This document shows positions 9,340 through 21,306 of a stretch of DNA of 37,427 nt, piece by piece. How positions within the stretch are numbered: the stretch's first letter is position 1; the number at the start of each line of letters is the position of its first letter. Source of the DNA: a virus (lineage: Duplodnaviria; Caudoviricetes); IMG/VR virus record IMGVR_UViG_3300020045_016684, positions 1 through 37,427 of that record. One strand, written 5' to 3'. The position numbers and the translations under genes are program-made. The notes beneath the pieces are model-generated. The model had not been told where the DNA came from. It made no database searches and saw only the letters and a list, made by a program, of their open reading frames with translations.

Positions 9340-10915
9340 GGCACTCCTTGAAGTCCTAGAAGAATCGACTCCATCCGAAAGGGTGGAGTTTTTAAAATGG
9401 AGGAATAAGGACTCACAAGAGATTCGAGCCAATAAGTTATTGTTATGGTGGTTCTATTATTTCCGTCATAACTTCAAAGGATTACTTGCAGACTTTCACT
9501 ATGATTGGCTATATGAATTAGCATGATATAAAAATATTCTCATTAAGTGATTCCGTTGATCTATCAAGACTGAGATGGTAAAAGCATATCATATCAAGTG
9601 TATATGCGATAAACAGAATAGCTTCAAAGTATGGCAATCGTTCGATTCGTGAGCGAGTGAATGACATATGCGAAATATGGCAAAGATGCTTATCTCTAAA
9701 TTCATTAAAAATGATTATGGGGAACTCTATAAACTTTCCTGACCTCGTGACGATCTCAAGAAGAAGAGTATGGGAAATTGGAATACTGAAAACTGAATTC
9801 GTATGTCTGCCCGATCTCTTGGAGAAAAACTCCGAGGAGAATGAGAATACGAGGATAACGATGATTGATCATCTCGTCCTGACTGTCTCACTCTCGATGA
9901 TATTGATGTGTCTGACTCTGTGAGAAATGTAGAGATTATTGATAAAAACATTGCAAAGATCACTGGAGAGACTATCGGTGCGATGAGTAAAGAAGTTTCT
10001 CGCATTATATTCTTGGGAAATGTAATCAACTCTGACTGAGTAGTGCCACGATTTGAAAGAGAAAAAGCCAATGATCCGAATTGGGTTGTTTTTGTACAAC
10101 CTCTTTTTAATGAAAAATTACCATCTGATATAAATTTTCTACAAGAGACCGATCTTGTTCCTTGGGAACGAATTACTCAAGATATGGTTAATTGGGATTT
10201 TTTCACTATCGAACGAATCAAAAAGATCCACTCGAATGAGTGATGAAAGTCATTCCAACAAAACTATCTATTGGTTCCAATAGTTTCATGAGATCTATTC
10301 TTTACGAATCAAACAAAGCTATTCGTTCCAGATTGGAAAGCTGACGAAAAATACCCTGATATACGAATATATCGCCCTGGTCGTTATTGACTTTGTATTG
10401 GTGTAGATACGAGCAAGTGATGACTTACCGGTGATTACTCCACTGTTTCAGTGAGAGATGTGCAATGAAATCTATATGCATTCTATAGGGGTCGTGTGCC
10501 ACCTGATATACTCTATGACGAGATTATCGTTCGACTATTTGAACTTGGATATGTTGGTCGTCTTGCCATTGAATCCAATAACACTGGTATTGCTACAATC
10601 AATAAGGCCAAAGAGTGAAAGTATCGGCAATACTTATATTCAGAGAAAGTTCTTGATGAACGAACAAACAGACAAACCCAAAAAATCGGTTGGAATACTA
10701 ACGGCAAAACTCGCCCACTTATGCTTTCAGAGTATGAGGAGGCCGTGAGAAATTGAGCGATTACCGAGGTGGATGCACGAACGAAAGATGAGATGCAGAC
10801 GTTCATATATAACGATGATTTCCGACCTGAGGCATCAAGCCAAGGTTACGATGATTGTATCATTGCTGATACGATCAGTTGGCAAATGCGAAAATTTCCT
10901 TTTCTATCTTTTTAA
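9311..10915 (+). CDS. terL: Terminase large subunit
   Basis: Walker A GFRGSIKT, LRG, Walker B LTLDDID, nuclease IGVDTSKG..GDYS, AIESNNTG, YDDCIIA; the start may be 9320. Confidence 0.93.
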
Positions 10916-10926
10916 TATTTTTACCT

Positions 10927-11325
10927 ATGCAGAAAGTCACTGGATATGACAAGAAAAAGCAATCATTCGTAGAGAAAGGAATGAAGACAAACGATACTGA
11001 TAGCTTTGCACTCGATGAAATATATATCGATATATACAGCGTGCATCCTTATATTACTCGCCTTATTGCAAGACGAATGTATATGCTCGGGTGGACTACT
11101 ACCGAGATAATCTGATGACATCTTGAGGATAATATTTTTTATCCGAAGTCCACTTCCTCATTTTCCCAAGAAATAGAATTACAATGATTCCCATTGAAGT
11201 ATGCAGGAATAGACAAGGTCTATTGGAAAAAGTTCTGCAAAAAGTTTCTAGCTAGGCATTATCCAAATCTATTATGAAAATCACAAAAGATCAACAAACC
11301 CAACTCGCTAATAGAGCAAAGATAA
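10927..11325 (+). CDS. Hypothetical protein between terL and portal
   Basis: Open under code 25; reads through ATGA at 11274-11277. Confidence 0.65.
11149..11185 (+). promoter_or_regulatory. Putative late promoter, copy 2 (portal)
   Basis: TCCACTTCCT, with TACAAT starting 31 nt after the motif start. Confidence 0.6.
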
Positions 11326-12419
11326 TCGATCTTGCGAGCCCTGAGTATCTACGAAAGAAAACAAACGACAACTATAAGTTCATCGTTAAGAAAATACTCG
11401 GGCTTGATGTAGGAAAAACCACTATGACGAATGGTGTAGATATGGCTCAACTCATTGTAGAGAGTGGGCTATATTCTGCCATATCTTGAGCTTATAAGGA
11501 TTCGGTATGAAATGTAGATCTTATTGATGAGACTGAAATGGGTAAATTTATTGATTCACTTATTGCCACTGGTATTGCTGGATGGAAAGTAGCATCGAGC
11601 GATGGAAAGACAAAAGAAATAGTGGCCGTGCAATCATCATCATTCTTTGATACGGTCGTTGGAAATGACACAATATATACCGAATTCAAGATATATAAGA
11701 ATGAGAGTAGTACCTACATATTCACTCGTTCATTTTTCACAGGATATAATGAACTCAAGCTGTATGTTACAACTAGTACCGATCTATCTGATGCAAAAGA
11801 AGTTCCTTTGACAAAAATATCTGAAACTAGTGGATTTGATCCAATAGAAAAAACAACAATGAGTGTTCCAGCATTCCAAATGATAAAAAAGTCAGATAGA
11901 ATATTTGAGAGTGTAAAGACTCTTGTGGATTCGGTTGACCGTCGTATGACCGAGATAGAAATAGAATTCCATAAGCATCTTGATGCAAAAACCATCTACA
12001 AGAATATCGATATCAGTCAAAGTGCAATAGATACCGCAACTGGTAAGATTCTCAAGGAGAAGATGTGAAATGAGTTCTTTTGTTCTAGTTCCGATGCCGA
12101 TATTAAATACGTTGTGAACTCTAATCCTATGATTGATAAGGCTATGGAGTTCATTGATAGAGATATTAGACGTATATCCGCTATCTCCAAAGTTCCTCTC
12201 GATTATCTTGGTGTATCAAGTGCAGATGGTGCAATAGGTGCCGAGTCACGTAATGCCAAGAATGCCATATTCTTTGCAAAAGTTCAAAACATACGGGATT
12301 TAATCTCAAAGGTATACAATGATCTCATGTGATCAACACTTACTTTCTGACCAATTATAGGCTATGCAGATGATAAAAATACATGAACTCAGTGAGGCGA
12401 TTCGTGAGCAACAGCTTAA
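11274..12419 (+). CDS. Portal protein (probably SPP1-like)
   Basis: 381 aa between terL and scaffold; IRRISAISKVPLDYLG..GAIGAESR motif. Confidence 0.8.
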
Positions 12420-12493
12420 TAAATCCGCCCTTCTCGGTGTAATAGTATATGTCCATATATTCCTATATATGGTTTTTATGATTTCATTAATAG

Positions 12494-12530
12494 TCCACTT
12501 CCTATGGTTATAGGATAGTATCTATATATT
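12494..12530 (+). promoter_or_regulatory. Putative late promoter, copy 3 (scaffold/capsid)
   Basis: TCCACTTCCT, with TATATT starting 31 nt after the motif start. Confidence 0.65.
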
Positions 12531-12620
12531 ACTATTGTAAGCGATCGAGCCCGAGAAACTCTCGCCACATTCGCAGGTATGCGTTAAATCCAAAATTCGT
12601 AATTTCTAATAATTTCGTCA

Positions 12621-13238
12621 ATGTTCAAATTCAAACGCCCACGGGCAATGTTCGAGGCTGATGGTGGTAATGGATCAGGTGGAGCGGGTGCTGGTTGAGA
12701 TGGATGAGCTGGTGGTGGTGGTGGTGGAGCTGGAGAAGGTGCTGATCAAAAGGCTACTGATCTTGCAAAGGCACAAGCAGAAATAGTTCGTCTCGGTAAA
12801 CTCGTCAATGATTCTGCTGAAAAAGAAAGACTTCGCCAAGCCGAAGAATCAAAAAAAGCAGAAGATGAGGCCAAAGCAAAATGAGAGTTTGAAAAACTGG
12901 CAACAGAATATAAAACTTCTCTCGATGATATTTCTGGCAAACATACTACTGCAACTGAGCAACTCACAAAGTATGAGGAACACTTCAAGACTCAATACGA
13001 GGAATCTCTTAAGGCTCTCTCAAAAGAACAGAAAGATACAATCGAAAAACTTCTTGAGTGAAAATCAAACTTTGATAAAGCGACACTCGTTCCAAGTCTA
13101 CTAACTCAATTCGGATGAAAAGCATTTGGTAAAGATCCAAAAGGTGGAGATCCTACTACGGTAGCTGACAAATCAAAAGATCTTCTTGCTAAGTGAGATG
13201 TTCGTGGGTCTCTATGAGTTAAGCTCGCTGGACTATAG
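12621..13238 (+). CDS. Capsid scaffolding protein
   Basis: Gly-rich N-terminal linker (TGA codons inside the Gly run), coiled coil with GEFEKLA; directly before the major capsid gene. Confidence 0.85.
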
Positions 13239-13271
13239 TCCAAAAAATAATATTTCTTAATTTTTTCTCTT

Positions 13272-14417
13272 ATGAACAAGTTTCTACGAAAATTAAAAGT
13301 TCGTGCACTCTTTGCACCAGACTCTTCGACCTCAGGAAATCCCGAAGTTATCGGTCTTGATATTTCTCAAGAACTTATGACACTTGCAACCGGTATTTCT
13401 CCAGTTCTCTCTCGCTACCTTCAAAATGGTGCTAGTATGGTAGCCACTCAGACGAAACACGAATGGTTCGATGATGTAATCAAGCCAAAGACATTTGTTG
13501 TTGGTTCTCGAAGTGGTAACGATGTTACATTCTCTGGAACTACTGTTCCATCAGAGGGATATGTAATCAACTTCAATACTACTGCAGGTGCTAGTATCGC
13601 TTGTACTGCACGTGTTACAGCTGTTGTTGGACAAGTTGCTACTCTTGATGTTCTTACTGGTACAATCACTCCAATTGTTGCTACTCTTGTTGCAAGTGTA
13701 GTATCAGAAGGTATTCAGGAAGGACGTACGTATGAAAATGGATCATTCCATAAATGACCACGTGAGTACAATATGACTGAGATCTTCGACGAAGGATTCG
13801 AGATGTCAGGAACTCTTGCTGCAATCTCTGGAAATGCAAATATGAATTCTACAGAGAAACAAGCAGAAGCCGCACTCAAACGTCTTGCACAAAAGATGAC
13901 TCGTGCTTCACGTTATGGATTCCGTTACGAGAATGGAAAGGCTCGTGGACATGCTGGTATCAACTACTTCCTTGTAGAACAAGCTGGTGCAAATGTTCTC
14001 TCTGTATCTACAACAGTTACAGCACTTGATTTCGATACAATGGTTAACTCTATTATGGATAAATCAGGAGAAACTGGAGAACTTCATATTGTTATTCACG
14101 GAAAGTGGGCTCCTACAATTCGAGGATTCAACTCTCGAACTATGCAAGTTACTGACGTTTCAATTGGTGGTGCCGTTAAGGAGTATATCACTTCTACTGG
14201 TAAAGTAATTCCAGTTGAATTCGATAATACTGTTCCTCAAAACACTATCTACTTCGAGGATTGGTCACGTATTGCATACGTTCCACTCAATGGACGTGCT
14301 GCATTCATCGATGACGAACAAAAGAATCGTGATGGTAAGTATCGCCCTATTACTGGGGAATACACTCTTGAAGTTCGTAATGCGAAAGAGGCTCACGGTG
14401 CAATCGTAATCAACTAG
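13272..14417 (+). CDS. Major capsid protein (SU10/DUF5309-like)
   Basis: KHEWFDD, YNMTEIFDEGFEMSGT, ITGEYTLEVRNAKEAHGAI; a single TGA at 13755 joins the two ORF-track pieces. Confidence 0.9.
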
Positions 14418-14461
14418 TCCCTAATCGTTCCATTTTCTAATTCTATAATCATTCATTTTTT

Positions 14462-14704
14462 ATGTCTGACGCAAAAACAGCAGAAGTAAAGCCTACTGCA
14501 CAAATAGAACCAGTTGAAAAAGAAGGAGTAACAGCAGAAGTAAAGTCTACTGATACTGCTAAAGCTAAGACAAAGGAAGTAACCATTCCTTGTAAGTACT
14601 CTCAAGTTCGTATTGGTACAGAATATTTCGCTCCAGATCATGAAGGAAATATCACTGTTCCGGCAGAACTCGAAAAAGAAGCTAAAAAGGTTTGTGGTGT
14701 ATAG
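14462..14704 (+). CDS. Small head-associated protein
   Basis: 80 aa after the capsid gene; repeated TAEVK. Confidence 0.75.
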   Translation: MSDAKTAEVKPTAQIEPVEKEGVTAEVKSTDTAKAKTKEVTIPCKYSQVRIGTEYFAPDHEGNITVPAELEKEAKKVCGV

Positions 14705-14710
14705 GAAAGT

Positions 14711-14734
14711 AGCTACCCAGTTTGCTGGGTGGCT
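14711..14734 (+). terminator. Hairpin or terminator after the capsid genes
   Basis: AGCTACCCAG-TTTG-CTGGGTGGCT followed by an AT-rich tail. Confidence 0.55.
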
Positions 14735-14753
14735 ATATCTTATTTTCTACAAT

Positions 14754-15092
14754 ATGGTTATTCTCTCTGATACATCTGTACTCCAAGAACAACTCGGATC
14801 ATATACAAAATCTGATGTTTTTATTGCTGAAAAAATCATTATCAATTATATCAATAAAGATATCGCCAAAGAAGATTGGGATGAGTGACTCTCTATCGCT
14901 ACTTGCGAGATTGTGAAACGAATGCAACTTGATAAAGGTATCAAGAGTGAATCGGATGATAACCATTCTATTACCTATAGAGATATAAAAAGCATTCAGG
15001 ATATTCTTGGTGCATCTATAGTAGCCCTCCTTGATTGATATAAGGACTCCCCTACAACTACTGGTATGAATTGATCCTTTTCTATGATATAA
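14754..15092 (+). CDS. Head-tail connector (SPP1 gp15-like adaptor)
   Basis: IINYIN..GIKSESDDNHSITY motif and position. Confidence 0.75.
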
Positions 15093-15415
15093 TGAACGAT
15101 ATTTTTCTCCCTCATATTTGCGATGTATACAAGCCAACTATTACCACTCGGGATCTCCAAGAAGTACAAGAGATGACTCGTATTGCTAAGTGTGTAAAAT
15201 GTAAGGTGGTAGAACAAAAGGCAAAGTGGATAAATGGGCAGTATGTAATGGAAAGAAGCGATGAGACAAGTATTGTTTTTCTATCCTGTCAGGATATAGA
15301 AAAATGATATAAGATTGTCATATGAGATCGTTCATATACAGTATCTGACATTCAACCTCGCAACTTTGCATCATGATACGATGCTTGAAAGAGGACAACT
15401 TGCAAACTACTGTAA
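15092..15415 (+). CDS. Head closure / stopper protein
   Basis: DIEKGYKIVIGDRSYTVSDI and position. Confidence 0.7.
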
Positions 15416-15427
15416 AATCTCTATACT

Positions 15428-15798
15428 ATGTTTGAAAACTTTGAAAAACATATTCTTGATAAGGTAAAAACACTCTTACTGAGATTGTAGTAGATCTTGC
15501 TGATGCTATCGATGAAAAGACTCCAGAAGATACATACGAGCTCATTTCTCGTAATCAAATAGATATGCCTCACCAAGAGTGAGATAGCATAAAGGCTCGA
15601 GTATTCAATGATGATCCAAAGGCTATATTCGTGGAATATGGTCAAGAACCAAAGACAATGAATTACTATAAGTGATCTGGTCGTAGGAAGTGAGGCAGTC
15701 CATTCTATCAGGGGGTAGGTGCTAGGATGTTCTCAAATTCATTAAAGGAAAAACTTCCAGAAATAAGAGAAAAACTCTGAAATATAACTAAAAAATAA
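15428..15798 (+). CDS. HK97 gp10-like neck protein, split by a 1-nt frameshift near 15466-15470
   Basis: KTPEDTYEL..AIFVEYG..GARMFSNSL lies in frame +1; the ATG-15428 frame stops at 15488-15490. Confidence 0.7.
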
Positions 15799-16256
15799 TG
15801 GACTTAAATGAAGCTGGCAAGCTTATGCCCGTTACTCTCGATTTTACAGCAATAGTAAACGCTATAAAAGCAAATACAAAAATCTCCAATCTCATTGGGG
15901 ATAGAGTTACATTTATGCCACCTCAAAAATGAAAATTCCCTTATGTATTCTTTGATGTGTATAGTCAAACTCAATTGAACTCTGACGATCGACAAGCGGT
16001 ATATTTCCAATGTTCTTGCTGATGGAGACTCATAGCTCCATCATCCTGGACAAGAACTCAGATGGATAATCTCATGGCAGAAATACTCCTTACAATACAA
16101 ACATTCGAGAGGACTACAATTGATGCAAGAACAGTATGAAATAATGTTACTGCTGAGATCTATAGGGTCGAGATAAATAAGCCAGTATTCTTTGATGATA
16201 TCAATGAAAAATGATACAAGACTCTCATTAATGATGTAGATTTCGAATACAAGTAG
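15798..16256 (+). CDS. Tail terminator / tail completion protein
   Basis: ISNLIGDRVTFMPPQKGKFPYVFF and position. Confidence 0.75.
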
Positions 16257-16311
16257 TTGACATTTATTATTATAAGCTATAGTGAATATGTTTTATTATT
16301 CACTATTTTTT

Positions 16312-16800
16312 ATGAAAAAGTGTCCTATGTGTGCGGAGGAAATACAAGATGAAGCGATAAAGTGTAAACACTGTAAAAGTGAATTAGTGTTAAAAAAAGA
16401 AGAATTTGCAAAGAAAAAATCTTTTTTAAAGTCTTGGAAATTTTGGATAATTATATTATCAACACTATTATTAATAACTATACTTTCATGATGAAACAAT
16501 CCTAATCCTACATATAATCTTGTATATACTCCTCAAATATCTGAGAAAGATTCATATATAGCAAATAATATTACAATTATAGAAAATGATTGTAAAAATT
16601 GACTCAAAAAACAATACAAGGAAGCATGGAGCATAAAACTATCTCCATACTCAATATATGAATGAGAAATAAAAATTAGATGAACAATTGCTGGAATAAA
16701 AAAATGAACTACTCGATCTGCTCAACAAACGTTATGTTCATATAAATGGGATGATATAAAAAAAATATACTCAGCATACGAATATGAAATATTTGAATAA
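16312..16800 (+). CDS. Zinc-ribbon membrane protein (moron in the tail module)
   Basis: MKKCPMCAEEIQDEAIKCKHC, one TM helix, external domain; very AT-rich; TTGACA upstream at 16257. Confidence 0.8.
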
Positions 16801-16805
16801 ATAAT

Positions 16806-16842
16806 TCCACTTCCTAATCATTCTAGGATATATCGATATACT
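16806..16842 (+). promoter_or_regulatory. Putative late promoter, copy 4 (major tail)
   Basis: TCCACTTCCT, with TATACT starting 31 nt after the motif start. Confidence 0.65.
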
Positions 16843-16866
16843 CATGTCGTTATATCCTTTTTTTTT

Positions 16867-17034
16867 ATGGGCAAAACTGCAAAAAACAAAGAGATCACCG
16901 AGGAAACTCAGTCTCTCACAACTGTTACCTTCACTCGTACATATAATAGTGGCGAGGAGAGATTTGTTAGATGACAATCTTACGAGGTTACAAGCAAGTA
17001 TGCAGTTATCCTAAAAAAGAAAGGTGTAATCTAA
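16867..17034 (+). CDS. Small hypothetical virion-associated protein
   Basis: 55 aa; FVRGQSYEV; precedes the major tail gene. Confidence 0.65.
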
Positions 17035-17082
17035 GACAATTCTCGGGTATGTCTTGGTTTATTTCACTAAATCAAGCACACT

Positions 17083-17685
17083 ATGTCTGCAACAAAACCA
17101 CACGATTTAGCGACCTCAGTTGCGGTAGTATACGTTATGAACGTAGACCCACTTGCTGTAGTTCCTAAAATCCTTCCAGATCAATCAAATCTTGATACAG
17201 TATATTCTGCACTCAAAACAGAATATCCGTTCGCTTCATTCAAGAAGTTGGCAAGTACAAAGGGTGTACAGATCTCTGAAACACCTGATGCAAACAATCA
17301 GCAAGTAACCGTAGATGATGGAAATGCACTCATTTATGACGTGTCTATTCCTGATTCAAAAGTTTCTACTTCTTGGTATGAATCTCGTAATACTGATGTT
17401 CGAGAAATTCTTTTTGGAAAACAAGCTGTTACTATTACTGAAACACTTGTTGACTTTGAACTCTCTGCAACAGTCAAAGAGCCTACAGAGAACGCTCATC
17501 TCGTTGTACTTATTCTTGCAACTCGTCCAGATGGAAAGATTGAAGAATTCTATCTTGTAGATGGAAAAGTTACTGGAGATATCGTTACTTCATTCTTGAA
17601 GTACAAGGAACCACCTGTTGGATCTGACCTCACTTTCGTTACTAACGATGGTGGATATATCCTCAGAAAGACTCCTAAGCTCTAG
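17083..17685 (+). CDS. Major tail tube protein
   Basis: 200 aa, beta-rich, located between the tail terminator and the chaperone/TMP genes. Confidence 0.75.
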   Translation: MSATKPHDLATSVAVVYVMNVDPLAVVPKILPDQSNLDTVYSALKTEYPFASFKKLASTKGVQISETPDANNQQVTVDDGNALIYDVSIPDSKVSTSWYESRNTDVREILFGKQAVTITETLVDFELSATVKEPTENAHLVVLILATRPDGKIEEFYLVDGKVTGDIVTSFLKYKEPPVGSDLTFVTNDGGYILRKTPKL

Positions 17686-17722
17686 TCCACATATTCATTT
17701 TCTGAAACTTAGATCCTATACT
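17686..17722 (+). promoter_or_regulatory. Putative late promoter, copy 5 (chaperone/TMP)
   Basis: TCCACATATT, with TATACT starting 31 nt after the motif start. Confidence 0.55.
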
Positions 17723-17741
17723 TTTTTGTATAGGATTTTTT
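17713..17741 (+). terminator. Intrinsic terminator after the major tail gene
   Basis: ATCCTATAC-T6-GTATAGGAT followed by Ts. Confidence 0.7.
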
Positions 17742-17751
17742 ATTATTCCCA

Positions 17752-18321
17752 ATGAATTACCCACTCAGAAAAACATTCACAATATACCTTACTATCCATT
17801 TATTTTGGAGAGAAAAGACTATTCGCCTTGAGATACCTCAAGCGACTATTCGTGATATATCTGAGTTCTCAAATCTTACAGATATCCAAAGAAGTACTTG
17901 GACTATTCTAAAACTCAAAGAGTGGGGTGCTTGACTCTATTCCACTCGCCTTGCCTGATTTCTTGGTAGTAATATTGAAGGCATACTTGCAGATACTTTC
18001 TTCCATAAGAGAGAACAAAAAAGACTTCCAGAGAGTGTTGTAAATCTATCGAGTAAGGAGTGAATCTATGACTATGATAGTCCTGATAGTGTGCTATTCG
18101 CCACCATAGCTACCGAGTACGGAATAGATCCACATAATCTATTGGACTATACTATGGATGAGCTCTCATATCTCCTTCTAGCCCTACAGTATAAATATCT
18201 CAATGAGGAGCAAAAAAAGGAATTGGCACGAATAAAAATAGAACAAGAGTTCATTGATAATAAGGAAATTATAGATCAAGATATCAATACTCTTGATGAT
18301 TACTTCAATAACAATAAATAA
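17752..18321 (+). CDS. Tail assembly chaperone (single fused ORF)
   Basis: One frame under code 25; C-terminal YGIDPHNLLDYTMDEL resembles the gpT portion. Confidence 0.7.
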
Positions 18322-18323
18322 GT

Positions 18324-21305
18324 ATGAATGAGGTACTAACGATAGACTTCGATGTGAAGACTGGGAAAGTTACAAAATGACTCGATACTCTTCGAGATGA
18401 TATTTCGTGATTCCAAAAAAGGATTGAGAGTGGCGAAGGAATAACTCTTGCACTCAATAAGGCAAAAGTTCAACAGGATCTTGTAGAGGTTAGAAGATTA
18501 ATAAAGGTTGCTGAGGAAAGATGAGATTTTAATGCACTTATTCAATATAGGGCCGATGAGAATCTATTGAAACAAACACTTACACAATCAAATAGAGAGC
18601 TCACAAATTTTCTTCGTACTGGTGAAAAGGATGTGAGTGTTCTTGGTAAATTATTTGGATCTCTTGAAAATAAGATCGAGTGAGTAGAGATGGAACTCAT
18701 TAAGATGTGACGATCAGAAAAAGAGGTGGCACACCTCAGGAATCGAATGAATGAGCTCAATGACTCTTTTAAGTCTTGAACTATCAGTGCACAACAAATG
18801 GCAATGGAGATGAACAAGCTCGAAAATGAAATGAACAATATAAAGAATGCACCTCAAGGATTCCAGGAGAAAATGAGTGTAGCCTATGGGAAAGTAATGG
18901 GATATATTGCACTTATTACAACGGCCATTTATGCTCTTAAATCTGCTTGGAATGAAGCCATTGAAGGAGAGAGAATAGATATACAGCTTACTAATAGACT
19001 CAATGGTATTGGATCGACTGTATGACGTACAAAAGACCAAATAAAAGATCTATCGAGTGCACTATCTGATATGACTACTATTGATGAGGATGCTATTACA
19101 AATATGGAATCAAGATTGCTGAATTTTAGCAACGTACAAGGGGATGTATTCGATAAAGCAAGCAAGGTAGCACTTGACTATGCAACTTCTATGAATGATG
19201 GAGTAACTCCAACTGTAGAGGATCTTACATCAAGTATAGATCTTATGTGAAAGGTTCTAAATAATCCATATGATGGATGGAAAAAACTTGAAAAGGCTGG
19301 AATTGAATTTACTGCATCAGAAGAGTTAAAAATACAAAAATTTGAGAAAACAAACGATATTATTGGTGCACAAAATCTTATTATCCAAAAACTAGAAAAC
19401 CAATATGGATCTAGTGCCGAAGCGATAAAGGATAGTACAGAAGGTATGACGAATTCAGTAAAAAATAGTTGGAATGATACACTTGAAAATACTTGATCTG
19501 GACTTATAGGATTTGTTTCATTTATAAAAAATGAATTTATTGATCCTATTATATCTGGTTGGTCATATATATGAGATGCTCTATGAACTATTTTATGAAG
19601 TATTACATGAGAAACTGCTACAGCAAGTAGTGAACAAATATCTATATGGCAAAAAACTCTCTACGTTATTAGTGTAATATGGGGAACAATTAAATGAGTA
19701 ATTGTATGAGTATTTGATGCAATATTAGATTATGGATTTCAGGCATTCGATTATCTATTTCGTAGTTCTGAAACAATTTGAGAAAGATTAAAAAGCTCAT
19801 TTATAAGTGCATGACAAGCTGTTGCAAATACTCTTATTAACATAGTAAATAAGACAATTTCTCTCATGTTAACTCCAATAAATTTTGCTATTTCACGAAT
19901 GAATGATCTCATTACTTTAGCAAACAAAGTACCATGAATAAATTTTTGAAAAGTTGGTAGTGTAGGATTCTCATTCAATTGAGTTGGCGATGGAAAGTGA
20001 ATTTTTGATAAAATATGAGATGGATTAAAGTGATTAGATACTTGAATTGCATCATTCATAGTATGAATATGAAAAAAAGTAAGAGATGGAGTAGAAAAAA
20101 ATGTGAATTCTATAAAAGTACCATGAATAAATCCATCTGGGTCTTGAGCTAAATGATCTGGATCAAAACTAGATCTATGAGCTCTTGATCTTCCTACAGG
20201 CGGTGGCGGTTGAGGTTCTTGAAAATCCGCTCGTGATAAACAGCTTGAGGCAGAAAAGAAAAGACTTGAAGAGGTTAAAAAGAAAGAAGAGGAGCTAGCC
20301 AAGGCTCGCACTACAGCATATGAGAAGGCTATAAAGAGTTCTGATGCTTTCAAGAGTGCAGTAGAGGAAGCAAACAAAAAGCTCGATGAACAGAAGAGAA
20401 AGATGGACGAGCTCAAAGCAAAAGCTACTGAGACTCTATTGGATATCGAAGAGAAAATGTCTTGAGAAAAAACGAGTCTCCAGGACAAACTTGCACAACG
20501 ATATCTCAAGATATTTGATGAATTACGATCCTCTCTTGGATGAGCGGATAGTGTTTTCGCTTGAGCTACAAATGCAGATCTTGAATCTGCACTATTCTGA
20601 TGACAGATTGGTGGATCTTCATTTGATGCACTCAAGAAAGAGATTGAACTTATCAAGTCTACTCTATCTTCTGACGAACTCTCTCTTGCAGTTACTAAGG
20701 AAAAACGTAGTGAAACCGAGAAGATCACCGCAGAATATCAAAAACAATTCGATCTGAATCAGAGAGAGAAAGACGTTGCAGATGCAAAACTCAATAATAG
20801 ATTCCTGACGAATGAAAAAACTGGAGAACTTCAATTCCTTGATAAGAATTGAGAGGTTATTCAGTGATGAAATAGATCTCAAGTAAAAGACTTTGCAACT
20901 CAGGCAAAAGAAGTACAAGATATTGCGGATGAGTCTATAAGAATCGAGGCTGAGAAAATGACAAAAATATCTGCAATCGTAAAAGACTATGAAGATGAGC
21001 GTGCAAGACTTCGCAACAACTATTACGCTGAGGATAAAAATCTCAAGATAGCTCAAGAGAATATGGCCCAGGCATTTTTCAAGGAAGAGCTTGCAAGAAT
21101 TACTACTATGAAGACTGAAGCTATCAATCTTACGAATGCACTCATCTCACTTAAAAATGCTGGTGGATCTGCACAGAATGTAACCAATATATGACCAACA
21201 ATCAATAACAATCAACAGAGTACTCAGGTGGTGCAAGTGAAGACTGTTTCTGATGTACAGCAAGTAAACAAAACTCTTGGTATTGGTATAACTCTTAAAA
21301 AATAA
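18324..21305 (+). CDS. Tape measure protein (~993 aa)
   Basis: Long helical ORF after the chaperone; all plus-strand frame-3 fragments join across TGA. Continuity was spot-checked, not verified codon by codon. Confidence 0.88.
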
Positions 21306-21306
21306 T

